Origin: Eledone cirrhosa
Taxonomy: Eukaryota
DNA: 64,000 nucleotides
Assembly: GCA_964016885.1 (NCBI GenBank)
Contig: OZ024742.1
Location: 334,986,001-335,050,000 of the forward strand
Direction: 5' to 3'
The stretch's first letter is position 1; each line of letters starts with the position of its first letter. Both the position numbers and the translations under genes were made by a program. The notes under the pieces were generated by a model. That model was not told the origin of the DNA and did no database searches. It saw nothing but the letters and a program-made list of their open reading frames with translations. Shown in pieces: positions 1 through 13,470 of the stretch.

Positions 1-3000
1 CCAACAACACAGCCACCATCACCACCACTGCCACCACCAACAACACAGCCACCATCACCACCACTGCCACCACCAACAACACAGCCACCACCACCACCAC
101 CACTGCCACCACCAACAACAATACCACCACCACCACCACTGCCACCACCAACAACAATACCACCATCACCACCACTGCCACCACCACTGCCACCACCAAC
201 AACACAGCCACCATCACCACCACTGCCACCACCAACAACAATACCACCATCACCACCACTGCCACCACCAACAACAATACCACCATCACCACCACTGCCA
301 CCACCAACAACAATACCACCATCACCTCCACTGCCACCACCAACAACAATACCACCATCACCACCACTGCCACCACCAACAACGATACCACCATCACCTC
401 CACTGCCACCACCAACAACAATACCACCATTACCACCACTGCCACCACCAACAACAATACCACCATCACCACCACTGCCACCACCAACAACAATACCACC
501 ATCACCACCACTGCCACCACCAACAACAATACCACCACCACTGCCACCACCAACAACAATACCACCATCACCACCACTGCCACCACCAACAACAATACCA
601 CCATCACCACCACTGCCACCACCAACAACAATACCACCACCACTGCCACCACCAACAACAATACCACCATCACCACCACTGCCACCACCAACAACAATAC
701 CACCACCACTGCCACCACCAACCACACAGCCACCATCACCACCACTGCCACCACCAACAACAATACCACCATCACCACCACTGCCACCACCAACAACAAT
801 ACCACCATCACCTCCACTGCCACCACCAACAACAATACCACCATCACCACCACTGCCACCACCAACAACGATACCACCATCACCTCCACTGCCACCACCA
901 ACAACAATACCACCACCACTGCCACCACCAACAACAATACCACCATCACCACCACTGCCACCACCAACAACAATACCACCATCACCACCACTGCCACCAC
1001 CAACAACAATACCACCATCACCACCACTGCCACCACCAACAACAATACCACCACCACTGCCACCACCAACAACAATACCACCATCACCACCACTGCCACC
1101 ACCAACAACAATACCACCATCACCACCACTGCCACCACCAACAACAATACCACCATCACCACCACTGCCACCACCAACAACAATACCACCACCACTGCCA
1201 CCACCAACAACAATACCACCATCACCACCACTGCCACCACCAACAACAATACCACCATCACCACCACTGCCACCACCAACAACAATACCACCACCACTGC
1301 CACCACCAACAACAATACCACCATCACCACCACTGCCACCACCAACAACAATACCACCACCACTGCCACCACCAACCACACAGCCACCATCACCACCACT
1401 GCCACCACCAACAACAATACCACCACCACTGCCACCACCAACAACAATACCACCATCACCACCACTGCCACCACCAATAACAATACCACCATCACCACCA
1501 CTGCCACCACCAACAACAATACCACCATCACCACCACTGCCACCACCAACAACACAGCCACCATCACCACCACTGCCACCACCAACCACAATGCCACCAT
1601 CACCACCACTGCCACCACCAACAACAATACCACCATCACCACCACTGCCACCACCAACAACAATACCACCATCACCACCACTGCCACCACCAACAACAAT
1701 ACCACCATCACCACCACTGCCACCACCAACAACAATACCACCATCACCACCACTGCCACCACCAACAACACAGCCACCATCACCACCACTGCCACCACCA
1801 ACAACAATACCACCATCACCACCTCTGCCACCACCAACAACAATACCACCATCACCTCCACTGCCACCACCAACAACAATACCACCACCACCACCACTGC
1901 CACCACCAACAACAATACCACCATCACCACCACTGCCACCACCAACAACAATACCACCATCACCACCACTGCCACCACCAACAACAATACCACCATCACC
2001 ACCTCTGCCACCACCAACAACAATACCACCATCACCACCACTGCCACCACCAACAACAATACCACCATCACCACCACTGCCACCACCAACAACAATACCA
2101 CCATCACCACCACTGCCACCACCAACAACAATACCACCATCACCACCTCTGCCACCACCAACAACAATACCACCATCACCACCACTGCCACCACCAACAA
2201 CAATACCACCATCACCACCACTGCCACCACCAACAACAATACCACCACCACCACCACTGCCACCACCAACAACAATACCACCATCACCACCACTGCCACC
2301 ACCAACAACAATACCACCATCACCACCACTGCCACCACCAACAACAATACCACCATCACCACCTCTGCCACCACCAACAACAATACCACCATCACCACCA
2401 CTGCCACCACCAACAACAATACCACCATCACCACCTCTGCCACCACCAACAACGATACCACCATCACCTCCACTGCCACCACCAACAACAATACCACCAT
2501 CACCACCACTGCCACCACCAACAACAATACCACCATCACCACCACTGCCACCACCAACAACACAGCCACCATCACCACCACTGCCACCACCAACAACAAT
2601 ACCACCATCACCACCACTGCCACCACCAACAACACAGCCACCATCACCACCACTGCCACCACCAACAACACAGCCACCATCACCACCACTGCCACCACCA
2701 ACAACAATACCACCATCACCACCACTGCCCACCACCAACAACAATACCACCACCACCACCACTGCCACCACCAACAACACAGCCACCATCACCACCACTG
2801 CCACCACCAACAACACAGCCACCATCACCACCACTGCCACCACCAACAACAATACCACCATCACCACCACTGCCACCACCAACAACACATCCACCATCAC
2901 CACCACTGCCACCACCAACAACAATACCACCATCACCACCACTGCCCACCACCAACAACAATACCACCACCACCACCACTGCCACCACCAACAACACAGC

Positions 3001-4725
3001 CACCATCACCACCACTGCCACCACCAACAACACAGCCACCATCACCACCACTGCCACCACCAACAACAATACAACCACCACCACCACTGCCACCACCAAC
3101 AACAATACCACCATCACCTCCACTGCCACCACCAACAACACAGCCACCACCCCTACCACTGCCACCACCAACCACACAGCCACCATCACCACCACTGCCA
3201 CCACCAACAACAATACCACCATCACCACCACTGCCACCACCAACAACAATACCACCATCACCACCACTGCCACCACCAACAACAATACCACCATCACCAC
3301 CACTGCCACCACCAACAACAATACCACCATCACCACCACTGCCACCACCAACAACACAGCCACCATCACCACCACTGCCACCACCAACAACACAGCCACC
3401 ATCACCACCACTGCCACCACCAACAACAATACCACCATCACCACCACTGCCACCACCAACAACAATACCACCATCACCACCACTGCCACCACCAACAACA
3501 ATACCACCATCACCACCACTGCCACCACCAACAACAATACCACCACCACCACCACTGCCACCACCAACAACAATACCACCACCACCACCACTGCCACCAC
3601 CAACAACAATACCACCACCACCACCACTGCCACCACCAACAACAATACCACCACCACCACCACTGCCACCACCAACAACAATACCACCACCACCACTAAT
3701 GCCACCACCAACAACAATACCACCACCACCACCACTGCCACCACCAGCAACAATACCACCATCACCACCACTGCCACCACCAACAACAATACCACCATCA
3801 CCACCACTGCCACCACCAACAACAATACCACCATCACCACCACTGCCACCACCAACAACAATACCACCACCACCACCACTGCCACCACCAACAACAATAC
3901 CACCACCACCACCACTGCCACCACCAACAACAATACCACCATCACCACCACTGCCACCACCAACAACAATACCACCATCACCACCTCTGCCACCACCAAC
4001 AACAATACCACCATCACCACCACTGCCACCACCAACAACACAGCCACCATCACCACCACTGCCACCACCAACAACAATACCACCACCACCACCACTGCCA
4101 CCACCAACAACAATACCACCACCACCACCACTGCCACCACCAACAACAATACCACCACCACCACCACTGCCACCACCAACAACAATACCACCACCACCAC
4201 CACTGCCACCACCAACAACAATACCACCACCACCACCACTGCCACCACCAACAACAATACCACCACCACCACCACTGCCACCACCAACAACAATACAACC
4301 ATCACCACCACTGCCACCACCAACAACACAGCTACCATCACCACCACTGCCACCATCAACAACAATACCACCATCACCACCACTGCCACCACCAACAACA
4401 CAGCCACCATCACCACCACTGCCACCACCAACAACAATACCACCACCACCACCACTGCCACCACCAACAACAATACCACCATCACCACCACTGCCACCAC
4501 CAACAACAATACCACCACCACCACCACTGCCACCACCAACAACAATACCACCACCACCACCACTGCCACCACCAACAACACAGCCACCATCACCACCACT
4601 GCCACCACCAACAACAATACCACCATCACCACCACTGCCACCACCAACAACAATACCACCATCACCACCACTGCCACCACCAACAACAATACCACCATCA
4701 CCACCACTGCCGCCATCACTACCAC
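1..4725. repeat. 36-bp minisatellite (CCACCATCACCACCACTGCCACCACCAACAACAATA)n, truncated by window start
   Basis: Direct tandem array with shorter deletion variants and ACACAG variants. It accounts for the Pro-rich and His-rich ORFs at 1591-4754. Confidence 0.95.
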
Positions 4726-5002
4726 CACAACCACCTCTAGTAATCCACCACTAAATTACAACAGTTAAAATTACGAATCGACAAGGGCACACACACACGA
4801 TCACTTGATATGCTAGAAATAACAGTGACGTTGCTTCGAATTCCACATTGTTATTTTAAAAAAGGAGCAGATATGCAGTATAGAATATTATAAAAAGCTG
4901 TTTCAACTGCTTGTTCCAGACAATTATCTTGTGTTTATTATATAGAATATCAGTTGATAAAACAAAGTTTAATATCAACCTCGAAAGGATGAAAGGCAAT
5001 AT

Positions 5003-5092
5003 AATTGTTTCTACATTTGGCACAAGGCCAGCCATTATTCTGTACATTACTGGTACTTTATTTTATCGACCCTGTAAGGATGAAAGGCAACG
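5003..5092 (-). mobile_element. Partial copy of tRNA-derived SINE family A
   Basis: Contains TACTGGTACTTTATTTTATCGACCC..TAAGGATGAAAGGCAA, shared with copies near 26.3, 42.9, 43.1, 59.5, 60.5 and 63.9 kb. Confidence 0.75.
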
Positions 5093-5151
5093 TTGCAATA
5101 TAATGTTGGTTTCGAAGGGACAGGGCCAACATGAATGCATTCATTATTGCA

Positions 5152-5510
5152 CTAGTGCTTGATAAACACAATCACAAGGATATGGTCCGAACGTGAAAGA
5201 GCCGAACTCCCATTGTTATCGCCTCCATCTCTCTCGCCCTCACCATCTCTCCGTATGGTGAGCAAATGGGGTCCACGTGCTGGCCTCCCCACAGCCCCGG
5301 CGTACAGAATGGAGAAGGCGTTTCCCCGGAGGATGGTAAGGGCGATACGGTGGAAGAGCCATTCCAACTCGCGAGGCTCACACCTGCGGCTGGCCAGCTC
5401 AGCGCCTATGGTGGTGAGTAGGGAGGTAGCCCTAGGGCCAAGAACACCAGAAGTCTCCAATGTCAAGGGCACGACCGCGAACCTGTCGGAGAGCGACCGG
5501 TACTTGGAGA
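5152..5510 (-). pseudogene. 3' remnant of CRE-type non-LTR retrotransposon (restriction-like endonuclease C-terminus)
   Basis: Translates as KYRSLSDRFAVVPLTLETSGVLGPRA...WLFHRIALTILRGNAFSIL, matching the K-Y / P..E..G..G / RGNA C-terminal motifs of CRE-clade RLE proteins. Confidence 0.75.
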
Positions 5511-5664
5511 ATATTATATAGAGAATATATAGAATATAGAATATATAGAATATATAGAATATAGAATATTATATATTAAACGAATAGGCTGCTCGTGGTT
5601 AGAACACCTTTATTTATATATATGCTCAATTGAGTCTGACCAGTGACTAAAAAATAACAGTTGT

Positions 5665-6120
5665 TAAAATTGTGAACGAAGTCGTCTGAAGGAGCCTTGA
5701 GATTTTCCATGACAACTAGAGCCTACTGGCCTCGACCGTGGGGATGGCAAAAGCCAAGGCAGGATAACTCTCTTCCCGTTCGATTGAGTTAAATCTCTTA
5801 TCTGAGACGCTATGTGTTGCGACATGACCTCCCCACTCCTGTTTTGTTTCTTCGGCCACACAATCTGGCTCTGTCCGCCCGTAACACGGAGGAGAGGTAC
5901 AAAGAAAAATACCGGGACTTGACCGGCCGCTTCCTTTTCGTGCTGCTCTCCGTCGAGACCTTTGGTTTCATCGGTTCCCAAACTGCCATTTTTCTCCACA
6001 AAATTGGGAGGAGTCCATCTCGCCTGTGCAAGGAGCCCCGCCCCGTGAGGTGGAATGGCTAATGCAGCTGATGTCGCTAGCTGCTCTCCCGGACCAAACC
6101 TTTGCCATTTTGTATGCGAA
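5665..6120 (+). pseudogene. Second degenerate CRE-type RLE remnant, divergent to the first
   Basis: Manual translation gives LEPTGLDRGDGKSQGRITLFPF..KSLI*DAMCCD (cf. EP.GL.R.DGKRPDG.TL.PW..G..L.WD.T), then KEKYRDLTGRFLFVLLSVETFGFIG, with stops and frameshifts. Confidence 0.75.
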
Positions 6121-6879
6121 CCGCAATCCGTGATATACGGCTTAGACTTTCGATTACCTTTGCTATTTTATACTTTCTTCTTTCTTTTTCTTTTTATATT
6201 GGTTTCTAATTTAGACTCTAGGCCAACAGTTTGAGGGAAAAGGAGTGTTGACCATTTCGATCAGTTCTTTACTGGTACTTAATTTTATCGACTCCAGAAG
6301 GATGACCAGGACGGGATTTAAATTTTATATTACAAACTTTATATAATCCTATTCGAATTTATTAAATAATTTATTTAACGTGGAAAGTGATATAAGGATA
6401 AACAATGCAAAATGGACGGTAAGACGAGTGTAACGAAAAAGTAAGTTAACTGGTAATCTGGGGGGGGGGGGGGGGGGCTGTCGTTTCTTTCGTCCTAATA
6501 TTTCGTGACTTAAAATTCCCTTCTGCACAGTATAAGGAAGTTTCAGAGACAAATGTTCCGGGGTTTTTTTTTTTTAATTACATTAAACGATAACATGTTT
6601 GCTTGAAGCATTGTATATAATATATAATGTGGAAAGTGATAGAAGGCTAATTGGATTGTAAAGTGAAGGTAACGAAAAAGTTAGTTAACTGGTAATCTTT
6701 GTTTTGTTTTGTTTTTTGTTGTTGTTTCTTTCGTCCTCATAATTCGGGTTTAAAATTCCCTTCTTCAGAGTATAAGGAGCGTTCAGAGAAAAATGTTCCG
6801 CTTTCTTCTCTTTGGAATTTAAATTTAATTCCAAAGAGAAGAATACGTGTTCTGAGTTCAAATCACGCTACTTGGATAA

Positions 6880-7260
6880 ATTATCTTTTCAACATCTTCT
6901 GCACTCAGTAAATACATTTTTTCTTTATTGTTATTTAGAGGAATAACCTTAGGAAAGGTTTTGGAGTTCATTTTAATAACAATTTCTATAGCTGATATAT
7001 TCATATCCTCTCCAATCGTATGTGGCATTAGTTTATATCTTTATGTTAGAAGATGGATTTTCTCTTTAGATTTGAGATGGATACTTTAGGTTGGCTTTTT
7101 TCCATATATTTCATTCACTATCTTCCAAATTGAAAATGTTTGTTTTACTTATCTGAATGCTTCGTTTGAAGGGGATCTTTCATCTTAGAAGACATCATTG
7201 CATCATTTTCAAATGTCTTTGCACATAACAAACATATCGATTTGTCTCATTTGTTCTGAG
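6880..7260 (-). pseudogene. hAT (Buster/Charlie-type) transposase N-terminal remnant
   Basis: Manual minus-strand translation gives ICLLCAKTFENDAMMSSKMKDPLQTKHSDK, then PHTIGEDM and KVIPLNNN. These are the BED-like, KPHTIGE and IPLSNNT motifs of Buster/ZBED5-like transposases. Confidence 0.7.
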
Positions 7261-7368
7261 GTCAATGCTTTCTCTCTTATATTAAATTTTTTTTACATAG
7301 TCGGCGCTCCTGTTAATCTCTATATTCATTATGGATACATGCAGAGAAACATGAGGGCACACACACGC

Positions 7369-7416
<48 letters not shown>

Positions 7417-7572
7417 TCATACGGTCCAATAAACTTTTGTTAGCAATATTAAGTTCTCCACGCTTTTGTATATCTCCAATTCCATTTATGGGAACAGCTA
7501 GATGATGTAAAACTGAGTATTTGTATCAAAATAAAGATCCGAAGGCATGGTATAAATTTCCAATCATTTTAA

Positions 7573-7646
7573 TCACGACACATGTTTCAATAAGAGATAG
7601 ATCGATCGTGCGGCCATGATCGATTATCACTGATCTCGTCAGGTGA
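7573..7646 (-). ncRNA. Type I hammerhead ribozyme (mirror copy, family A)
   Basis: Reverse complement reads UCAC-CUGACGA-[long stem II]-GAAAC AUGU GUC-GUGA. Confidence 0.8.
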
Positions 7647-8843
7647 AAATGAATTGTCTTCAAATCCTTGATCTGAGGGAGAAAATTTAACGATGTTCAC
7701 AGAGTTCAGTCCCCCATATGAAGATTAAGCAGCCAAAACACGCCGACTGCTATCGTCCTCAGTTAGAAGTCATAAAACTATCAAGTCTCTATCTCCCAAT
7801 AGCTGTAAAAGACGCTGAACGAGTCTAATCTCAACATCAAATCTTTAGAATTACAGTCGGTCACAGTTAGTGTAAGTGAGTACACACACACTCAATCACA
7901 CCGACGCGAGGTCGAAGAAAATATATATATATATACCAGTATAAACATAGTATTCACCGAAAGTTAGTTTACAAAACAACAAATGTTATATTGGTCAAAT
8001 CTCAATTTGACGATGTAAATTGGAGAAATTGGGTCAACCGCAACCCTATACGCACACAAGTAAATTCAGTTCAATGTTCTGCTATACGTGTATCGATTGA
8101 ATTGTAAATAGTGTATGTTATGGTATATACACATCCGTATCGTCTAAAAAAGTGTATGTTTTGGTATATACACATCCATGTGAAGAGCAAGTAGTCAGCT
8201 AATATCGAACTCTGTATGTGCCGTTGTCCCATTGAGAATCTGAGTCCCCAAATCTGTGCGTGCAAGCAACCGCCATGTAGGCCACCAAGGGGCTCTATGT
8301 AGGGTTGGGTATTTGAGTTAAGGTGTCAGTATGTGCGTTTTCCCGTCATATGGGCCCTTGGACTTTTAAGATAGGTGTTTGAGTGGTGGAGGTGTGTTAC
8401 CAACACAGAAATAAAATAAAATAAAATAAAATAAAAAAGAATAGCAAACCCCCGAGGTGTGTGGAAGCCCATTGATGGTGTGTAAGTAATATTATCCAAA
8501 CTGTAACCGTGAGCACTCCATAGTTAGATGATCACGGATCAAAACCTAGTGTAGTGTTCAATTGATAGAATCGTGACCAGTCATAACTGTGGGAACTCTG
8601 TGTCTAAAGAAACCGGGTACTGTGTGTAGAGTCACGTATAAAGAGCGTAATCGCTCTTAACTAGTGTGTAATACGTCTAACTATTTACTAACAGAGAGAA
8701 CTCAGTGGATAGGGAATTCTAAAGTAATGGTGAATGCGCGTAATCGGTCTTAACTGAGTGTGTAATCATTCTAACTATTTACTAACTAGATATTCTAAAG
8801 TAGTGGTAAATGTGCACTCAGCTGTGAGAACCGATAACTGCTT

Positions 8844-9735
8844 GTGGGTCGACCAACAAGCAGTTCTAATAGACCAGTAGCAACCAAGGAGACAGGTAAC
8901 ACTAGTATAGATAATAGAACAAGAGGCATCGGACCAGAAAAAATCCTGTGGTACAACCCCCCAAACTCCACCGGCCTGACCACGAGTATAGCTAAGCTTT
9001 TCTTTAGGGCATTAGACAAATGCTTCCCTAGATCACATAAATACTATAAAATATTCAACAGGAATACCATCAAGCTGTCCTACTCCACAACCAGTAACAT
9101 AGCTCAAAATATAGCTAAGATGAATTATAGTAAACTTAGAACAGCCCAAGGCGGGATGTGACATGGCAGAACTAATGGCAGCTCTGTGGATGAACGGACT
9201 CCTACGCGTTAGGCGAGTCTGGTCACCCCAACCCCTCGGAACTTACCCATAGAGCAGACAAGAACAGAGATCCGACACCAGAGGTACCGTGGTTCCTCTG
9301 GAACTACCCAGGTCGATAACAGAAAATGTAATTGCAGGAACACCGCCACTTTCTCATGGCTGGAAAATGCCTCACGAAAAACATAGTCTACGACTGTAAG
9401 GTCTCCATTTTAGATAGAACCTTCATGTATGTTGGGGCAACTGCCACTGAATTTAAGGATAGATGGTATAATCACCGCCATACCTTTAATAGATTAGATT
9501 TAAAAAATAGCACGGCGCTTTCTGAATTAGTCTGGAAGCTTAAACAACGGAATATAGAGCACTCCTTATCCTGGTCCATAATTTGCTCAGCCCAGCCTTA
9601 TAACGGCAACACGGGCGTCTGTAATTTATGTATAGCTGAAACCTTTAATATTATTAGAGGCGGCCCCCTATTAATCAATAGGAGAGCGGATTTTTTCAGC
9701 AACTGCCAACATAGAACCTCGAAAACCTTCCGCGT
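8844..9735 (+). pseudogene. PLE linker plus GIY-YIG endonuclease (Hydra-like), frameshifted
   Basis: WYNPP...FPRSHKYYKIFNRNTIKLSYS, then KCNCRN and GKCLTKNIVYDC...MYVGAT..FKDRWYNH...CNLC..E...LINRR.DFFSNCQH. Collinear with the ORFs at 36136-36830. Confidence 0.88.
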
Positions 9736-10958
9736 TCTCTCAATTAGCAAAAAGACAGACACTCAGGTAGTTAGACAACTAAGATCGTTTGCGCGCTTAC
9801 AAACGGTACTCGGTTTGTTTCCACAGAGTTCTCACAGCTGAGTGCACATTTACCACTACTTTAGAATGCCTACTTAGTAAATAGTTAGAATGATTACACA
9901 CTCAGTTAAGACTGATTACGCGCATTCACCAACTTTAGAATATCCTAACTACTGAGTTCTCTCTGTTAGTAAATAGTTAGACGTATTACACACTCAGTTA
10001 AGAGCGATTACGCTCTTTATACATGACTATACACACAGTACCCGGTTTCTTTAGACACAGAGTTCCCACAGTTATGACTGGTCACGATCCTATCAATTGA
10101 ACACTACACTAGGTTTTGATCCGTGATCATCTAACCATGGAGTGCTCACGGTTACAGTTTGGATAATATTACTTACACACCATTAATGGGCTTCCACACA
10201 CCTCGGGGTTTTGCTATTCTTTTTTATTTTATTTTATTTTATTTTATTTTATTTCTGTGTTGGTAACACACCTCCACCACTCAAACACCTATCTTAAAAG
10301 CCCAAGGGCCCATATGACGGGAAAACGCACATGCTGACACCTTAACTCAAATACCCAACCCTACACAGAGCCCCTTGGTGGCCTACATGGCGGTTGCTTG
10401 CACGCACAGATTTGGGGACTTAGATTCTCAATAGGTCAACGGCACATACAGAGTTCGATATGAGCTGACTACTTGCTCTTCACATGGATGTGTATATACC
10501 AAAACATACACTATTTACAATTCAATCGATACACGTATAGCAGAACATTGAACTGAATTTACTTGCGTGTGTATAGGGTTGCGGTTGACCCAATTTCTCC
10601 AATTTACATCGTCAAATTGAGATTTGACCAATATAACATTTGTTGTTTTGTAAACTAACTTTCGGTGAATACTGTGTTGGTATATATATATTTTTTTCGA
10701 CCTCGCGTCGGTGTGTATGAGTGTGTGTGTACTCACTCACACTAACTGTAATTCTAAAGATTTGATGTTGAGTTTAGACCCATCCAGCGTCTTTTACAGC
10801 TATTGAGGGATAGAGACTTGATAGTTTTATAACGCTAACTGAGGACGATAGAAGTTGACGTGTTTTGGCTGCTTAATCTTCATATGGGGGACAAAACTCT
10901 GTGAGTGAACATCGTTAAATTTTCTCCCTCAGATCAAGGATTTGAAGACAATTCAATT

Positions 10959-11032
10959 TCACCTGACGAGTTCAGTGATAATCGATCATGGCCGCACGAT
11001 CGGTCTATCTCTTATTGAAACATGTGTCGTGA
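10959..11032 (+). ncRNA. Type I hammerhead ribozyme (family A)
   Basis: TCAC CTGACGA ... GAAA CATGTG TC GTGA. Stem I is TCAC/GTGA, helix III holds palindromic ACATGT, and the predicted cleavage is after GUC at 11028. Confidence 0.82.
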
Positions 11033-11092
11033 TTAAAATGATTGGAAATTTATACCATGCCTTCAGATCTTTATTTTGATATATATATATAT

Positions 11093-11798
11093 ATTTATTA
11101 AAATAACAGATTAAAGTTTAAGCAAAGAATCGCTGCTTTCACCCTTAACGGGATCTTCTGAAACTAACAAAGTCAATCTGTAAACGCAGAACTGGATATT
11201 TCAAAAAACGTTGCAGCCGGAGGAAGACAGGAAGACGATACTTTGGTTCGTGCTAACGTTCGCTGGCAAAGAACGGGAAAAAACTAATAATACGTCATTA
11301 ATAGGAGCGGTGAAAAACAATTACGCGCAAAGACAAAACCACGTTTATGGTATAAAAGAGGTCGTAGACTAATGTTCTCTTAGGTGGTGCATATAGACGT
11401 TATCTGGCAATGAACGAAAAAACGAAGATAATAAGTCATATGTGGAGCGTGGAGAACAAAAGCACGCAAAGACAAAACCACGTAAATGGTATAGCAGAAG
11501 TCGTAGACTAAAATTCTAACTAGGAGACCAAATGAATCTCCGCTACAGAGTTAAGAACAAAGTAAATAAATACGATACAGAAGTAATAGAAACAAATAAA
11601 TACATACACGCAAACAGATACGTACATACACAAGCATACGCAAAAGTAGATCCCGTTAAGGGTGAAAGCAGCGATTCTTTGCTTAAACTTTAATCTGTTA
11701 TTTTAATAAATATTTGCTCTACGGTTCTTATATATTTGATATATATTTTCCTTATCGAGCCCTCTTTGGATTTTAGTCTTCAATTTTATTATTATTGC

Positions 11799-11800
<2 letters not shown>
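11093..11800. mobile_element. Fold-back PLE-like fragment with ~60-bp inverted ends and an internal ~135-bp tandem duplication
   Basis: 11093-11156 is the reverse complement of 11649-11711. The same family occurs at 40861-40940 and 52620-52720. Confidence 0.65.
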
Positions 11801-11879
<79 letters not shown>

Positions 11880-12189
11880 TGGACTCTGCCGTCGATTTTG
11901 ATGTCAATAACGTAATGGTGATGTAGTTGCTGCGGATTATTATAGAAAACCTTCATAATACAAAGGCTGCAGCCTGATGACGTCCGTCATAACCATACTT
12001 ATAATTGATGTAGGTTGGTATTTGTTTTACCGGATGGTTTAAAATGGTTTGTGTGTTTAACTCTTTAAGTGATCTGTGTTGGTAAATGAGGTAAAATGGA
12101 TCACGTTCGTTTGAGTCGTGGAGGACTTTGGTTTGATCTCGTATTTAATTTGAGGCAATTGATGGTCATGTATATATATATATATATAT

Positions 12190-12910
12190 ATATTAGAATT
12201 GGAGCTCTGAAATAGCAATATATATATGGATGTATATATAATGTATTTTGCAATACACTTTATGCTTAATTAAAAGCATTTTGAAGACCGTAAGCTATTG
12301 TTTAAAGTAGTGACAAATTCACTTACTTTGATCTCAGCAAACAGGGGAGATAAGCCGACAAGTCTTGTTTCGCTTTGGTTGAAGCTTATCAAGGCCAACT
12401 ACCCCTCCTGTCTACCGAGATCACTGATGTTATATTCTTATAGAAATCTAGTAAATAATCAGGAGCTGATTATGCAGAGCGGTTGTTGGTCAGGCAGAAA
12501 TTAAAAATTATAATTGGAGCTCTGAAATAGCAATATATATATGGATGTATATATAATGTATTTTGCAATACACTTTATGCTTAATTAAAAGCATTTTGAA
12601 GACCGTAAGCTATTGTTTTAAAGTAGTGACAAATTCACTTACTTTGATCTCAGCAAACAGGGGAGATAAGCTCTGCATAATCAGCTCCTGATTATTTACT
12701 AGATTTCTATAAGAATATAACATCAGTGATCTCGGTAGACAGGAGGCGTAGTTGGCCTTGATAAGCTTCAACCAAAGCGAAACAAGACTTGTCGGCTTAT
12801 CTCCCCTGTTTGCTGAGATCAAAGTAAGTGAATTTGTCATTACTTTAAAACAATAGCTTACAGTCTTTAATTAAGCATAAAGTGTATTGCAAAATACATT
12901 ATATATACAT

Positions 12911-12915
<5 letters not shown>
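12190..12915. mobile_element. Compound direct plus inverted non-coding element in (TA)n, carrying a hammerhead
   Basis: 12195-12350 is repeated directly at 12512-12670, and 12670-12915 is the reverse complement of 12225-12480. The same family folds back at 46148-46482. Confidence 0.8.
12755..12796 (+). ncRNA. Type I hammerhead with U3-A8 core (family B; mirror copy 12354-12395 minus)
   Basis: GCC TTGATAA GCTT caacca AAGC GAAA CAAGACTTG TC GGC, with all three stems pairing. Confidence 0.72.
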
Positions 12916-12974
<59 letters not shown>

Positions 12975-13086
12975 TGAAGTAAATGTTAAGTGTAAATATC
13001 CAAGAGTAAGAGCACTCAGTCCATAGGACGAGTTTGGTATAAATAATTACAACAGTGAGATAAACAGGTACTCAAGTATTCTCATG

Positions 13087-13136
13087 ACAGGCTGAAGAAT
13101 TTGGGTCCCAGAACGCAACGAAACTTGAGTACCTGT
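13087..13136 (+). ncRNA. Type I hammerhead ribozyme (family C)
   Basis: ACAGG CTGAAGA ... GAAA CTTGAG TA CCTGT. It has a 5-bp stem I, near-palindromic helix III ACTTGAGT and a GUA site, and lies inside a small fold-back at 13048-13151. Confidence 0.8.
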
Positions 13137-13156
13137 TTATGTCACTGTTGTATTTA

Positions 13157-13221
<65 letters not shown>

Positions 13222-13423
13222 TTAAGGATACTATTTATGGTTATGCAAATACAAAAACCTTTGTAGTTATATATATTTTTATAAACCCTAAATAGTGGTA
13301 GGCAGTAATATATTACTACCCTATTACCAGTAGGTTAAATAGCTCAATGTAATAACATCAGATGATTTACAGAGCAGTTATATATAAGTTATAAAAATCA
13401 AAGAACTGTTCAAAACATTTTTA

Positions 13424-13470
13424 TGCTTACAAATGTTTCCTCCAAACCGAATTTTGGATTCTTCGGAGCA
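13424..13470 (-). ncRNA. Type I hammerhead with U4C core (family D)
   Basis: Reverse complement: TGCT CCGAAGA a TCCAAA attcgg TTTGGA g GAAA CATTTG TA AGCA. Confidence 0.72.

Larger units (their letters stand above)
7524..11080 (+). mobile_element. 5'-truncated Penelope-like element with ~1.3-kb inverted pseudo-LTRs
   Basis: 7524-8831 is the imperfect reverse complement of 9829-11080. The centre encodes a PLE linker and GIY-YIG, each arm ends in a hammerhead motif, and the right end abuts (TA)n. Confidence 0.9.

Noticed and set aside
1591-4754. Extensin/formin-like Pro-rich and His-rich ORFs
   Set aside because: Pure 36-bp minisatellite open in several frames, with internal frameshifts and no unique domain or splice evidence.
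11115-11165. Hammerhead-like CAGAAGA-TCCC gttaa GGGT-GAAAGCAGCGATTC (minus)
   Set aside because: The core is mutated and there is no convincing helix III, UH site or stem I, so it was not counted as a ribozyme.
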